Assembly (NCBI GenBank): GCA_043809745.1
Contig: JBDROU010000073.1
Location: forward strand, 7,969 to 71,968
Direction: 5' to 3'
DNA length: 64,000 nucleotides
DNA from: a bacterium
Lineage (GTDB): Bacteria > Elusimicrobiota > JBDRMW01 > JBDROU01
Positions 48,547-58,686 of the stretch are shown here, in pieces. Made by a program: the position numbers and the translations under genes. Under the pieces are notes generated by a model. The model searched no databases, was not told where the DNA came from, and worked only from the letters and a program-made list of their open reading frames with translations. Every line of letters starts with the position of its first letter. The stretch's first letter is position 1.

Positions 48547-49017
48547 ATGATTATGAAAAATATTACAGTTGTGTTATTTTGTGCGTTCAGTTTGTGTATT
48601 TCGTGTCTATTATGGGCTGAGCGGGAAAGAGACCAATCGCTGGTGTCTGCTTTGGAACTGAAAGGAGTTGTTGATGAAATAGCATCTAACGGGAGCTATA
48701 TAATACTTTTAGAAGACATTGGCAAAGGCAAGACGAAAGAAATAAAAATAAACACTACAAAAGAATGGATTGATGATAATAATTTGGAAGAATCAGATTC
48801 AGTTATGATATTAGTCGAAAAAGCGAATAATAAATTGATGGCTGTTGAGGTTGAGTTTATTGATTTCGACGATAATAATCAAGAAATTGGCGCAAGTGAA
48901 GATGACGAACAAGAGGTAGAAGATGAAACTGATCAAGATTCTGAGATGGAATATGAAATTGAGCCCAAATATGAAGACGAACGAAAAATAGATTCAGAAT
49001 TTAACAAGACTTATTGA
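48547..49017 (+). CDS. Secreted protein with highly acidic C-terminal tail, unknown function
   Basis: RBS AAGGAGG. Signal peptide MIMKNITVVLFCAFSLCISCLLWA. C-terminal 60 aa about 50% D/E (EDDEQEVEDETDQDSEMEYEIEPKYEDE). Confidence 0.5.
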   Translation: MIMKNITVVLFCAFSLCISCLLWAERERDQSLVSALELKGVVDEIASNGSYIILLEDIGKGKTKEIKINTTKEWIDDNNLEESDSVMILVEKANNKLMAVEVEFIDFDDNNQEIGASEDDEQEVEDETDQDSEMEYEIEPKYEDERKIDSEFNKTY

Positions 49018-49183
49018 AAATATGATTCAGATCAAACTTCAGCCATAAGGTTTTCTCCATGTAGGACTGCAATAACTCTGTACTTGAATAGCAAATACAA
49101 TATAGAATATAATATGCATATTGTGCTTTCCGCAATAGCTGGCAAATCGGTTTCCGTTTTTAAGCAATAGGAAGGAGTAGCTA

Positions 49184-51178
49184 ATGATTAATAAAGATAT
49201 TCAGGGAAGAAGAAAAGTAATTATTGAACAGGTGCTTCCTCAGGTTGAGGAAGGCAGGTATGCTGTTAAGCGAGTGATTGGCGAGAAAATTTTGGTGACT
49301 GCGAATATATTCACAGACGGGCATGATGCGATCAGCGGACGAGTGCTTTTTAAGAAGGTCGAGGATACCAACTGGCAAGAAGCTATTATGGAATTTTTAG
49401 AAAATGATTGCTGGAAAGGTGAATTTCGGGTTGAATCAGTAGGCAGGTATGTGTTTACGGTTGAAGCATGGGTTGATAAATTTTCTAGCTGGATGAGTGT
49501 CTTAAAAAAGAAACATCAAGCCAGTCAAGATTTGTCATTGGAGTTTCTGATTGGAAGTGGTTTAATTGATGATGCGGCCAAGAAAGCGGATGGAAACGAT
49601 AAGAAAAAACTTATGGAGTGGAGTGCTTTGTTTAAGAGTAAATCTGAAAACAAGAAAAAATTAACTCTGGTTATCAGCAAAGAGTTTTCTTCTCTTGTGC
49701 AGAAATACCCTGATCGGAATTTCGCTACTAGGTATGAAAAAGAATTAGGCGTGGTGGTGGATAGGGATAAAGCCCGATTCAGTTCTTGGTATGAGATGTT
49801 TCCTCGTTCTGTGTTTAAGAAGAAAGGTAAAAAAGGCAACTTTAAGGATTTTGAGGAACTTATTCCGAAAATAGCAGAGATGGGGTTTGATGTTTTATAT
49901 CTGCCTCCTGTTCATCCTATCGGTGAAACCAAGCGAAAAGGTAAAAACAATGCTGTCGTTGCGTTACCGGATGATGTAGGAAGCCCGTGGGCAATCGGAT
50001 CACGTTTCGGTGGTCATAAGGCTATCCATCCCGAACTTGGTGATCTTAAAGATTTTCAAAAACTTGTGAGAACGGCAAAAGAACACAATATTGAAATTGC
50101 GCTCGATCTTGCATATCAGTGCTCCCCGGATCATCCTTATGTTAGCGAACATCCTGAATGGTTTTTGTGGGATCCGGATGGCACAGTCAAATGTGCGGAA
50201 AATCCGCCTAAGAAGTATGAGGATATTATTCCGTTTAATTTTAAAACCGATGATTGGAAATCATTATGGGAAGAACTTAAATCGATTGTAGAATATTGGA
50301 TTGATAAAGGTATTAATATATTTCGTGTTGATAATCCGCACACAAAACCGTTTGTTTTTTGGGAATGGCTGATAAATGAGGTCAAGAGCAAATATCCGGA
50401 TGTATTGTTCCTCGCCGAAGCCTTTACGCGGCCGAAGGTGATGTACCGTTTAGGCAAGCTGGGATTCACACAGTCTTATACTTATTTTACGTGGAGGTCC
50501 ACAAAGAAGGAACTCATAGATTATCTTAAAGAATTAACCGCTACGGAAGTAAAGGAATTTTTCAGGCCGAATTTTTGGCCAAATACACCGGATATTCTTC
50601 CCGAACACCTACAATACGGCGGAAGACCAGCGTTTTTAATACGCGCGGTGCTTGCGGGAACACTCTCTTCAAATTACGGGTTGTACTCGCCCGCATTCGA
50701 TCTTTGCATAAGTGAAGCACTGGAAGGCAGAGAAGAATATTTTAACTCGGAGAAATATGAAATAAAGAATTGGGATCTGGAAGTTCCGCATAGTATTTCA
50801 GATTTTCTTGCTCAGCTAAATGCTATTCGGCGCGACAATGCGGCGCTTCAAGAAACTAACAATATCAAATTTTATGAAACTGATAATGAGTATCTTCTTT
50901 TTTACGGCAAAACAACCGAAGATCTTTCCAATTTAATCATGGTGGTAGTTAATCTCGATCCTTATCACAAACAAGTCGGTTGGGTAAAAATGCCGATCAA
51001 GCAGTTAGGCATAGATGAAGACAAACCATATTTGGCGCATGATCTAATCGGAGGCGGGAAATATGTATGGCACGGCGAATGGAATTATGTGGAACTTGAT
51101 CCTCAATCTTTGCCATTTCATATTTTAAAAATAAAAATAAAGCTTAAACGCGAGTCTGATTTTGATTATTTTATGTAA
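49184..51178 (+). CDS. glgE: Alpha-1,4-glucan:maltose-1-phosphate maltosyltransferase
   Basis: N-terminal GlgE-specific domain (IFTDGHDAISGRVLF; FTVEAWVDKFSSW, parallel to actinobacterial GlgE FREGHDAV / YTVEAWGD). GH13 catalytic core (NIFRVDNPHTKP, FLAEAF). 664 aa. Confidence 0.8.
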   Translation: MINKDIQGRRKVIIEQVLPQVEEGRYAVKRVIGEKILVTANIFTDGHDAISGRVLFKKVEDTNWQEAIMEFLENDCWKGEFRVESVGRYVFTVEAWVDKFSSWMSVLKKKHQASQDLSLEFLIGSGLIDDAAKKADGNDKKKLMEWSALFKSKSENKKKLTLVISKEFSSLVQKYPDRNFATRYEKELGVVVDRDKARFSSWYEMFPRSVFKKKGKKGNFKDFEELIPKIAEMGFDVLYLPPVHPIGETKRKGKNNAVVALPDDVGSPWAIGSRFGGHKAIHPELGDLKDFQKLVRTAKEHNIEIALDLAYQCSPDHPYVSEHPEWFLWDPDGTVKCAENPPKKYEDIIPFNFKTDDWKSLWEELKSIVEYWIDKGINIFRVDNPHTKPFVFWEWLINEVKSKYPDVLFLAEAFTRPKVMYRLGKLGFTQSYTYFTWRSTKKELIDYLKELTATEVKEFFRPNFWPNTPDILPEHLQYGGRPAFLIRAVLAGTLSSNYGLYSPAFDLCISEALEGREEYFNSEKYEIKNWDLEVPHSISDFLAQLNAIRRDNAALQETNNIKFYETDNEYLLFYGKTTEDLSNLIMVVVNLDPYHKQVGWVKMPIKQLGIDEDKPYLAHDLIGGGKYVWHGEWNYVELDPQSLPFHILKIKIKLKRESDFDYFM

Positions 51179-51207
51179 TATAGAAAAAGCAGCAGAAAGG
51201 TAAAAAC

Positions 51208-54200
51208 ATGAAGGAAGAATCACTATGGTATAAAGATGCTATTATATACCAGACACATGTGAAATGTTTTTATGATTCGAATAATGATGGGATAGGGGAT
51301 TTTAAGGGTCTTACTGAAAAACTTGATTACCTGGAAAATCTCGGTGTCAATGCTATATGGCTGCTGCCTTTTTACCCATCGCCGTTAAAAGATGATGGAT
51401 ATGATATTTCTGATTTTTACAACCTCAACAAAGAATACGGCACATTGCATGATTTCCGTGTTTTCCTAAACGAAGCGCATAAGCGCGGAATCCGCATTAT
51501 TACAGAGCTTGTGGTGAATCACACCTCTGATCAGCATATGTGGTTTAAGCGCGCCCGCGAATCACCCCCTGGTTCGCTTTTCCGCAATTATTATGTATGG
51601 AGTGACTCGGTTGAGAAATATAAAGAGGCAAGGATTATATTCCAGGACTTTGAAAAATCTAACTGGGCTTGGGACCCAGAGTTAAAGCAATATTATTGGC
51701 ATCGGTTTTTTTTCCACCAACCAGATCTTAATTATAACAATCCTGCGGTGCAGAAAGCGATATTTCGGGTGATTGAGCATTGGATGAATATGGGTGTGGA
51801 TGGGATGCGGCTCGATGCGGTTCCCTATCTGTTTGAACGGGAGGGTACCAATTGTGAGAACCTTCCGGAAACCTATGCTTTTTTAAGGAAACTGCGTTCG
51901 TTTGTTGATTCAAAATATCAAAACAAAATGCTTTTAGGAGAAGCGAATCAATGGCCGGAGGATGCCGCACAATATTTTGGATCCGGTGATATGTGTCATA
52001 TGGCGTTTCATTTTCCGCTCATGCCGCGTATGTATATGGCATTATGGATGGAAAACAGATTCCCTATAATTGATATACTTGAACAGACCCCGCAAATACC
52101 AGATACGGCCCAATGGGCGATTTTTTTGAGAAATCATGATGAGCTCACTCTTGAGATGGTTACAGATGAAGAACGTGATTACATGTACAGGGTTTATGCG
52201 AAAGACCCTGCGGCTCGCATTAATTTGGGGATTCGAAGAAGGCTTGCGCCGCTGCTTGGCAACAGTAGGCGAAAGATCGAACTGATGAATATGCTCCTTT
52301 TTTCGTTTCCGGGTACCCCGATTATATACTACGGGGATGAGATCGGCATGGGGGATAATTATTATCTTGGGGACCGCAACGGTGTGCGTACCCCCATGCA
52401 ATGGAGTGCGGACAAATCGGCTGGATTTTCTCGGGCAAATCCCCAGCGGTTGTATTCACCAATCATTATCGATCCGGAGTACCATTATGAAGCAGTCAAC
52501 GTAGAAAACCAGGAAAAAAATCCTTCTTCGCTGCTCTGGTGGATGAGAAGAATGATCGCGATGCGCAAACGCTATAAAGCATTCTCCCGCGGAAGCATGG
52601 AATTTTTGCTTCCGCAAAATCCGAATATTCTTGCTTTTATTCGATCATATAATAATGAACATATACTGGTGATTGTTAATCTTTCGCGCTTCTCGCAGGT
52701 AACCGAATGCGAGCTCTCAAAATTTGTGGGGTATATGCCTCAGGATGTGTTCAGTAAAAACTTCTTCCCTGTTATAAAAGAAAGTCCGTATTTGTTAATG
52801 ATGGGCCCCCATGATTACTACTGGTTTCATTTAAGGAAAGTTGAGGAACCTGTTAGAATTGGTGAAGAGGAAACTCTGCCTGAGCTTGCTTTTTCTGTAA
52901 GTTGGGAATCAATATTTTTGGGAAAGAGCAGAGATAAATTAGAAGGAGAGATTCTGCCGAAATATCTTGACAAATGCAGGTGGTTTAGCGGGAAAGCGCT
53001 CGGTATACAGCGGATACAAATTTCAGACCACATACCGATTAGCAAGGATGCAGATACATCATACCTGTTGATCCTTGAAGTGCTTTTTAGGGGTGGATTG
53101 CCGGTACAATACGTGCTTCCGATTTCGTTTGCGCATAAGGAAATGGCTGATCTCATTGTTAAAGAATATCCGCAGTCAGCCATAGCCCTCATGAAGGGTG
53201 GTGAATCGGAAGGCCTTCTCTACGATGCTATGTATGATGAAGAGTTCCGAAAAGCTCTTCTGAACTTTATGGCGCAGCGGAAAAGAATTCATACCAAGCA
53301 AAAAGGAGTCCTTGTTGGATATGCAGGAGCACATTTCAAGGAGAATGTGAAAGAGATTCCATTGGGAAAATCATTGGTTTTAAAGGGTGAGCAGAGCAAT
53401 ACATCTGTACTTTACGGGAATGAACTCTTTTTTAAGTTATATCGCAAGCTTGATGAAGGGGAAAATCCTGATCTTGAGCTTTCAAAGTTTATAACTGAAA
53501 GGACCTCATTTACACAAGTGCCTCCATTTGCCGGGGCAATCGAATTCAGAAAGCCGGGTGTCGAACCGATAGCAATTGGTATGCTGCAGGGTTTGGTTAC
53601 AAATCAAGGTGATTTGTGGAAGAATACGCTTGATTTTATCGGCAGGTATTATGAAGCTATTCTTTCTCAAACGCCGTCAATCGCTGGTTTAGGGGATTTG
53701 CCGCAACCGCTTACGCCGCTTTCGTTGGATAATATCCCTGAAAATGTGGTAGAGCTTATAGGGAGGGTATATCTTGAACTTGCGGCGCGTTTAGGTACGA
53801 GAACCGCCGAATTGCACAAAGCTTTTGCTTCTGATATGAAAGATCCAGATTTTATGCCAGAATCATTTACACGTCTTTATCAGCGTTCGCTTTTTCAATC
53901 CATGCAGAGCCTTGCTAAAAAAGGTTTGGAGTTACTGAAAAACAATTTAGCTAAATTATCAGAAGAAATGAAAGAAAGCGCTCGAGAAGTGCTCCTTGTA
54001 GAAAAGAAAATTATTAGCGAATTCAAACAGCTGCTATCAAAAGATATTTCTGTGAAAAGGATAAGAATACACGGTGATCTTCATCTCGGGCAGGTGCTTT
54101 TTACAGGTAATGATGTAATCTTCATTGATTTCGAAGGAGAACCTGCCAGGTCTATCAGTCAAAGGCGTTCCAAACACTCAGCTATAAAGGACGTAGCAGG

Positions 54201-54513
54201 TATCATGCGTTCATTCCATTATGCGAGTTACAGTGAGTTATTCAGGAAACTTGCTGTAGAACAAAAAGATCGCGCCCTTCTTTTGCCGTGGGCGGAGGTT
54301 TGGTATATGTTTGTAAGCGGGGTGTATCTCCACGCGTACAGGGAATCAGTGAAAGGTGCTTCATTTGTGCCTGCCGACGATAAAGAGTTCATGATACTTT
54401 TAAGGGCTTTTATGCTGGAAAAAGCGGTGTATGAACTCATGTATGAATTGAATAACCGTCCTAGATGGGTTGATATACCGCTCTATGCTATAAAACAATT
54501 GGTTAAGGAGTAA
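51208..54513 (+). CDS. treS: Trehalose synthase (TreS, GH13) fused to maltokinase (Pep2/Mak)
   Basis: N-terminus WYKDAIIYQTHVKCFYDSNNDGIGDFKGLTEKLDYLENLGVNAIWLLPFYPSPLKDDGYDISDFY is canonical TreS. C-terminal roughly 450 aa has a maltokinase/aminoglycoside-phosphotransferase-like fold (IHGDLHLGQVLF, DFEGEP). 1101 aa total. Confidence 0.8.
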   Translation: MKEESLWYKDAIIYQTHVKCFYDSNNDGIGDFKGLTEKLDYLENLGVNAIWLLPFYPSPLKDDGYDISDFYNLNKEYGTLHDFRVFLNEAHKRGIRIITELVVNHTSDQHMWFKRARESPPGSLFRNYYVWSDSVEKYKEARIIFQDFEKSNWAWDPELKQYYWHRFFFHQPDLNYNNPAVQKAIFRVIEHWMNMGVDGMRLDAVPYLFEREGTNCENLPETYAFLRKLRSFVDSKYQNKMLLGEANQWPEDAAQYFGSGDMCHMAFHFPLMPRMYMALWMENRFPIIDILEQTPQIPDTAQWAIFLRNHDELTLEMVTDEERDYMYRVYAKDPAARINLGIRRRLAPLLGNSRRKIELMNMLLFSFPGTPIIYYGDEIGMGDNYYLGDRNGVRTPMQWSADKSAGFSRANPQRLYSPIIIDPEYHYEAVNVENQEKNPSSLLWWMRRMIAMRKRYKAFSRGSMEFLLPQNPNILAFIRSYNNEHILVIVNLSRFSQVTECELSKFVGYMPQDVFSKNFFPVIKESPYLLMMGPHDYYWFHLRKVEEPVRIGEEETLPELAFSVSWESIFLGKSRDKLEGEILPKYLDKCRWFSGKALGIQRIQISDHIPISKDADTSYLLILEVLFRGGLPVQYVLPISFAHKEMADLIVKEYPQSAIALMKGGESEGLLYDAMYDEEFRKALLNFMAQRKRIHTKQKGVLVGYAGAHFKENVKEIPLGKSLVLKGEQSNTSVLYGNELFFKLYRKLDEGENPDLELSKFITERTSFTQVPPFAGAIEFRKPGVEPIAIGMLQGLVTNQGDLWKNTLDFIGRYYEAILSQTPSIAGLGDLPQPLTPLSLDNIPENVVELIGRVYLELAARLGTRTAELHKAFASDMKDPDFMPESFTRLYQRSLFQSMQSLAKKGLELLKNNLAKLSEEMKESAREVLLVEKKIISEFKQLLSKDISVKRIRIHGDLHLGQVLFTGNDVIFIDFEGEPARSISQRRSKHSAIKDVAGIMRSFHYASYSELFRKLAVEQKDRALLLPWAEVWYMFVSGVYLHAYRESVKGASFVPADDKEFMILLRAFMLEKAVYELMYELNNRPRWVDIPLYAIKQLVKE

Positions 54514-54515
54514 GC

Positions 54516-56450
54516 ATGGCAGGTAGAATGAAATCAAAGACCTTGGTATATAATGATATTTCTCTTTTTACTGAATATGATGTTCATCTATTCTGTGAAG
54601 GGAATCACTTTAATATCGCTGAAAAGCTCGGTGCTCATATACTAACACATAATGAAATGGAAGGAACGTATTTTGCGCTCTGGGCTCCGAATGCTTCAGA
54701 AGTATCGGTAGTTGGAGATTTTAATAGTTGGAAGCAGGGGATGCATCAACTTAATGTCAGATGGGATAGCTCCGGTATTTGGGAAGGATTCATTCCTGAT
54801 GTCGGTCATGGTACGAAGTATAAATTTCAAATTATTTCCAAAAATAAAAAATACAAGGCTGCTAAATGTGATCCATTCGCGCGTTTTCATGAAATTCCTC
54901 CCAAGACCGCTTCGCTGGTTTGGGATATGTCATATATATGGAATGATGATGAATGGATGAAAACTCGTGCAAAACGCAATGCATTGGATGCGCCAATTTC
55001 AATTTATGAGGTACATCTTGGTTCATGGCAGAGGGTGCCTGAAGATGAAAACAGATTCCTTACTTATAGGGAAGTTGCACCAAAACTTGCAGCATATGTT
55101 AAAGAGATGGGCTTTACACATGTTGAATTTTTGCCGGTAATGGAACATCCATTTTATGGTTCCTGGGGCTATCAGATTACGGGTTATTTTTCCCCTACCG
55201 CACGTTATGGAAAACCTCAGGATTTTATGTACCTTATGGACTATTTGCATCAGCAGGAAATTGGGGTGATACTTGATTGGGTTCCTTCACATTTCCCCGA
55301 TGATGAACATGGACTTGTATATTTTGACGGAACTCATCTTTTTGAACATAAGGATCCGCGCAAAGGGTTCCATCCTGACTGGAACAGTTATATTTTCAAT
55401 TATGGCAGAAATGAGGTAAAGAATTTTCTTATCAACAATGCACTTTTTTGGTTTGAAACCTATCATGTGGACGGCCTGCGTGTGGATGCGGTGGCTTCAA
55501 TGTTATATCTTAATTATTCCAGAAAAGAAGGCGAGTGGGTGCCCAATCAGTATGGAGGAAGGGAAAACCTGGAAGCTATTCAGTTTATGAGGCAGCTGAA
55601 CCAGGTAGTTTATGAACACCATCCTGATGTACAGACCTTTGCGGAAGAATCAACTGCCTGGCCGATGGTATCAAGGCCAACATATGTTGGGGGACTTGGT
55701 TTTGGTTTTAAATGGAATATGGGCTGGATGCATGATACTCTGGCGTTTTTGCAGAATGATCCAGTTTACCGGAAATATCATCATAATCAGCTTACATTTA
55801 CCGCATGGTATGCATTCGCAGAAAATTTTGTTCTACCGCTCTCTCATGATGAAGTAGCGCATGGTAAAGGATCGCTGCTGCAAAAGATGCCGCAGGATGA
55901 CTGGCAGAAGCATGCAAACTTAAAACTGCTTTTTGGATTCATGTATGCTCATCCGGGAAAGAAACTCCTTTTTATGGGAGGCGAGTTCGGACAATGGAAT
56001 GAGTGGACGCACGATCAGAGTTTGGACTGGCATTTACTGGGAAGCCCGTTTCATCAACATATGCAGAAATGGGTGAAAGATCTCAATATGTTTTACATCC
56101 GCGCATCTGCCCTCTATGAGATTGACTATTCTCAGGAAAGTTTTGAATGGATTGATTCTGCTGACTCTGAGAATAGTGTAATTTCTTTTGTGAGAAAGGG
56201 TAAGAATCCCGGTGAATGTGTTTTAGTTGTCTGCAATTTCACCCCTATACCACGGCACAATTATAGGATTGGTGTGCCGCTTAAAGGTACCTGGCAAGAA
56301 GTGCTTAATAGTGATGCCAAGGAATATGGGGGGAGCTCCCATGGCAACTTTGGCAGCGTAAAGACCGCTGCGATCGGTTCGCACGGCAGGTATTTTGGCC
56401 TTTCAATAACTGTTCCTCCATTAGGTGTTGTTTTTTTCATACATAAGTAA
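54516..56450 (+). CDS. glgB: 1,4-alpha-glucan branching enzyme (short-form GlgB)
   Basis: CBM48 plus GH13 core with DGLRVDAVASMLY, FMGGEFGQWNEW and C-terminal beta domain. 644 aa. Confidence 0.85.
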   Translation: MAGRMKSKTLVYNDISLFTEYDVHLFCEGNHFNIAEKLGAHILTHNEMEGTYFALWAPNASEVSVVGDFNSWKQGMHQLNVRWDSSGIWEGFIPDVGHGTKYKFQIISKNKKYKAAKCDPFARFHEIPPKTASLVWDMSYIWNDDEWMKTRAKRNALDAPISIYEVHLGSWQRVPEDENRFLTYREVAPKLAAYVKEMGFTHVEFLPVMEHPFYGSWGYQITGYFSPTARYGKPQDFMYLMDYLHQQEIGVILDWVPSHFPDDEHGLVYFDGTHLFEHKDPRKGFHPDWNSYIFNYGRNEVKNFLINNALFWFETYHVDGLRVDAVASMLYLNYSRKEGEWVPNQYGGRENLEAIQFMRQLNQVVYEHHPDVQTFAEESTAWPMVSRPTYVGGLGFGFKWNMGWMHDTLAFLQNDPVYRKYHHNQLTFTAWYAFAENFVLPLSHDEVAHGKGSLLQKMPQDDWQKHANLKLLFGFMYAHPGKKLLFMGGEFGQWNEWTHDQSLDWHLLGSPFHQHMQKWVKDLNMFYIRASALYEIDYSQESFEWIDSADSENSVISFVRKGKNPGECVLVVCNFTPIPRHNYRIGVPLKGTWQEVLNSDAKEYGGSSHGNFGSVKTAAIGSHGRYFGLSITVPPLGVVFFIHK

Positions 56451-56468
56451 TTCGCGTATGCTATTTTT

Positions 56469-58301
56469 ATGAATAAAAAAATCTATCCACATTCAATAAT
56501 GAAGGTATACAAAGGAGAAAGTATTTTTCCGGGGCTTGTATTGGGTAATGCTGAAGTGGTAAAAAATATGCTTACATTCGAGAAAAGACTTACCACAATT
56601 ACTCAAGATTCGGTAGAGCAAGAAAAGAATAGATTCAATAAAGCTGTAGAGATTTCCGTAAATGAACTTAAAGAGTTATTAAAAAAGTCAAGTGACATTG
56701 TTGAGAAGCAGGTAAGAGACATTTTCAATGTGCATCTGCAGATTTTAAATGACGAGGTATTTATTCGTGAGATTTTAAATAATATTAAGTCTGAATTACT
56801 TAATTCAGAAGGAGCAATTACTGCGGCGGTTGAGCAATATAAGCAGAACTTCTCTAACTCGGCTTCTGAACAGATAAAGGCAAAAATTGCCGATTTAGTT
56901 GATATCAAACAGCGTTTAATATCTCATTTATATGTTGCTTCAACCCAGGAAACAATGGAGGGAATAAAGAAAAAAACTTCTCTTAATGAAGCGATAATAC
57001 TTGTCACGCAAATGCTTTTGCCTTCTACATTAGCGTCACTTGATAGAAATAAAGTTAAAGGTATTGTAACTGAGTTGGGAAGTAAATATTCTCACAGCGC
57101 GGTGATAGCTCATTCGCTCGGTATACCAATTATATTTGATGTAAATAATGTAGTAAGTAACATTCAAGATGAGGACGAGCTTATTGTTGATGGGACATCT
57201 GGTACCGTGTTTTTGCATCCCACCGAAGAGCTAAAGGGAAAATATAAAAAAGCAAAAGAAAAATTTATTGAATATCAGAATATTCTTGATTCTCAGAAAA
57301 AATCGCCGGCGGTAACACAAGATAGAAAAAAAATAGAGCTCTATGCAAATGTCGGCATGATTGAAGATTTGGACAAGGCATTGCAAAACAATGCGGATGG
57401 GGTGGGGCTTTTTAGAACCGAAATACCATTTCTTTTGATCAAACAATTCCCAGACGAAAGATTACAGGTTAAAATATTTAGAAAAGTTGTTGAGGGAATG
57501 AAGGGCAAGCCGGTGGGTATTCGCCTGTTTGATATCGGATCTGATAAGGTGGTTAGTTATCTTCCAATCGCAAAAGAGCTGAATCCCAATCTGGGATGGA
57601 GAGCAATTCGTATTTTTTTGGATAATCCCGATCTGTTAAAAATTCATATGCGCGCAATCCTTAAGGCAAGCGCTTACGGAAATGCAAAAGTTATTATTCC
57701 CATGGTATGTATACTAGAAGAAGTGCTTGCGATAAAACAGATGTTGTATGAGGTAAGCAAAGAACTTGAGCGGGATGGCGAACCATTTAAAAAAGATATA
57801 CAGCTGGGTATTATGATTGAGGTGCCTTCGGCTGTTTTGATTGCAGAACACTTAATTAAAGAGGTTGATTTTTTTTGTGTTGGAACAAATGATTTGATTC
57901 AATATACGCTTGCGATTGACAGAGATAACCCCCGTGTTTCTAAATACTTTGATCCTTTAAGCCCACCCATTATACAAATGCTTCAGAAGATTGCGTGTGT
58001 AACAAAACAAGAAAGAAAAGATTTATATATATGCGGCATGATGGCTGCCGAACCGCTCTATATTCCGTTGCTTATAGGCATGGGATACGAAAAACTTAGC
58101 GTTAATCCCCATGCAATCGGGATAGCAAAAGATATTATAAGAAATATTTCTTTTGATGATGCAGAGATTTTAGCGCAAGAAATTATAAAAAAGAAGACAG
58201 GCCTCGAGATAAAAGAGATACTGGTTGAATACTTTAGCAGAATTGAAAAAACATACGATATATATTTCCATTCATTAGGAGAAGTTGCAAATAAATGTTA
58301 A
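56469..58301 (+). CDS. Phosphoenolpyruvate--protein phosphotransferase-like enzyme (PtsI/Enzyme I family), orphan
   Basis: Phospho-His mobile domain GSKYSHSAVIAHSLGIPII (like GGRTSHAAIIAR). PEP-binding TIM barrel motifs GVGLFRTEIPFL and CVGTNDLIQYTLAIDR. No HPr or EII genes in the window. Confidence 0.65.
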   Translation: MNKKIYPHSIMKVYKGESIFPGLVLGNAEVVKNMLTFEKRLTTITQDSVEQEKNRFNKAVEISVNELKELLKKSSDIVEKQVRDIFNVHLQILNDEVFIREILNNIKSELLNSEGAITAAVEQYKQNFSNSASEQIKAKIADLVDIKQRLISHLYVASTQETMEGIKKKTSLNEAIILVTQMLLPSTLASLDRNKVKGIVTELGSKYSHSAVIAHSLGIPIIFDVNNVVSNIQDEDELIVDGTSGTVFLHPTEELKGKYKKAKEKFIEYQNILDSQKKSPAVTQDRKKIELYANVGMIEDLDKALQNNADGVGLFRTEIPFLLIKQFPDERLQVKIFRKVVEGMKGKPVGIRLFDIGSDKVVSYLPIAKELNPNLGWRAIRIFLDNPDLLKIHMRAILKASAYGNAKVIIPMVCILEEVLAIKQMLYEVSKELERDGEPFKKDIQLGIMIEVPSAVLIAEHLIKEVDFFCVGTNDLIQYTLAIDRDNPRVSKYFDPLSPPIIQMLQKIACVTKQERKDLYICGMMAAEPLYIPLLIGMGYEKLSVNPHAIGIAKDIIRNISFDDAEILAQEIIKKKTGLEIKEILVEYFSRIEKTYDIYFHSLGEVANKC

Positions 58302-58528
58302 AATCGCGTGAGAAAGCCTTCCGTACATGAATGTTCCCGAATTTTTTCTGGACAATTCAAAGATCCCCTAAAGGTTTCTAATATATAGTTATAACTGCCA
58401 TATCATATTAAAAAAAAGAATATTATTTAACTCTGAAATACTGATTTGAACCATTTTAGATTTAGCGAAAAATAGCCAAAATTTCTTACATTATTTTACA
58501 AGAATTTTACATGATATTTACTTGCAGA

Positions 58529-58537
58529 TGCTATAAT
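58529..58537 (+). promoter_or_regulatory. Extended -10 promoter element TGcTATAAT upstream of the two-gene hypothetical operon
   Basis: tgctataat at 58529-58537 within a 385-bp AT-rich intergenic region, about 150 nt upstream of the 58687 start. Confidence 0.4.
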
Positions 58538-58686
58538 ATATGGCATATATAAAATTAAAGGTTAAAATTTTAGCGGCTTCACTATTTTTATGTCCATGTC
58601 TATAGAGCTAGCTATCGGGTATCTGTTTTCGGTAAAACTATTTAAAATTTAAGAACAGTTAAGCAGTCAATTTAGAAGATAACTTT

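Noticed and set aside
56469-58301. Alternative call of PEP synthase or pyruvate phosphate dikinase
   Set aside because: Length (610 aa), domain order (N-terminal helical, phospho-His, C-terminal PEP barrel) and motif wording (GVGLFRTE, GTNDLIQYTLAIDR) fit Enzyme I. Dikinases are larger and have an N-terminal ATP-grasp.
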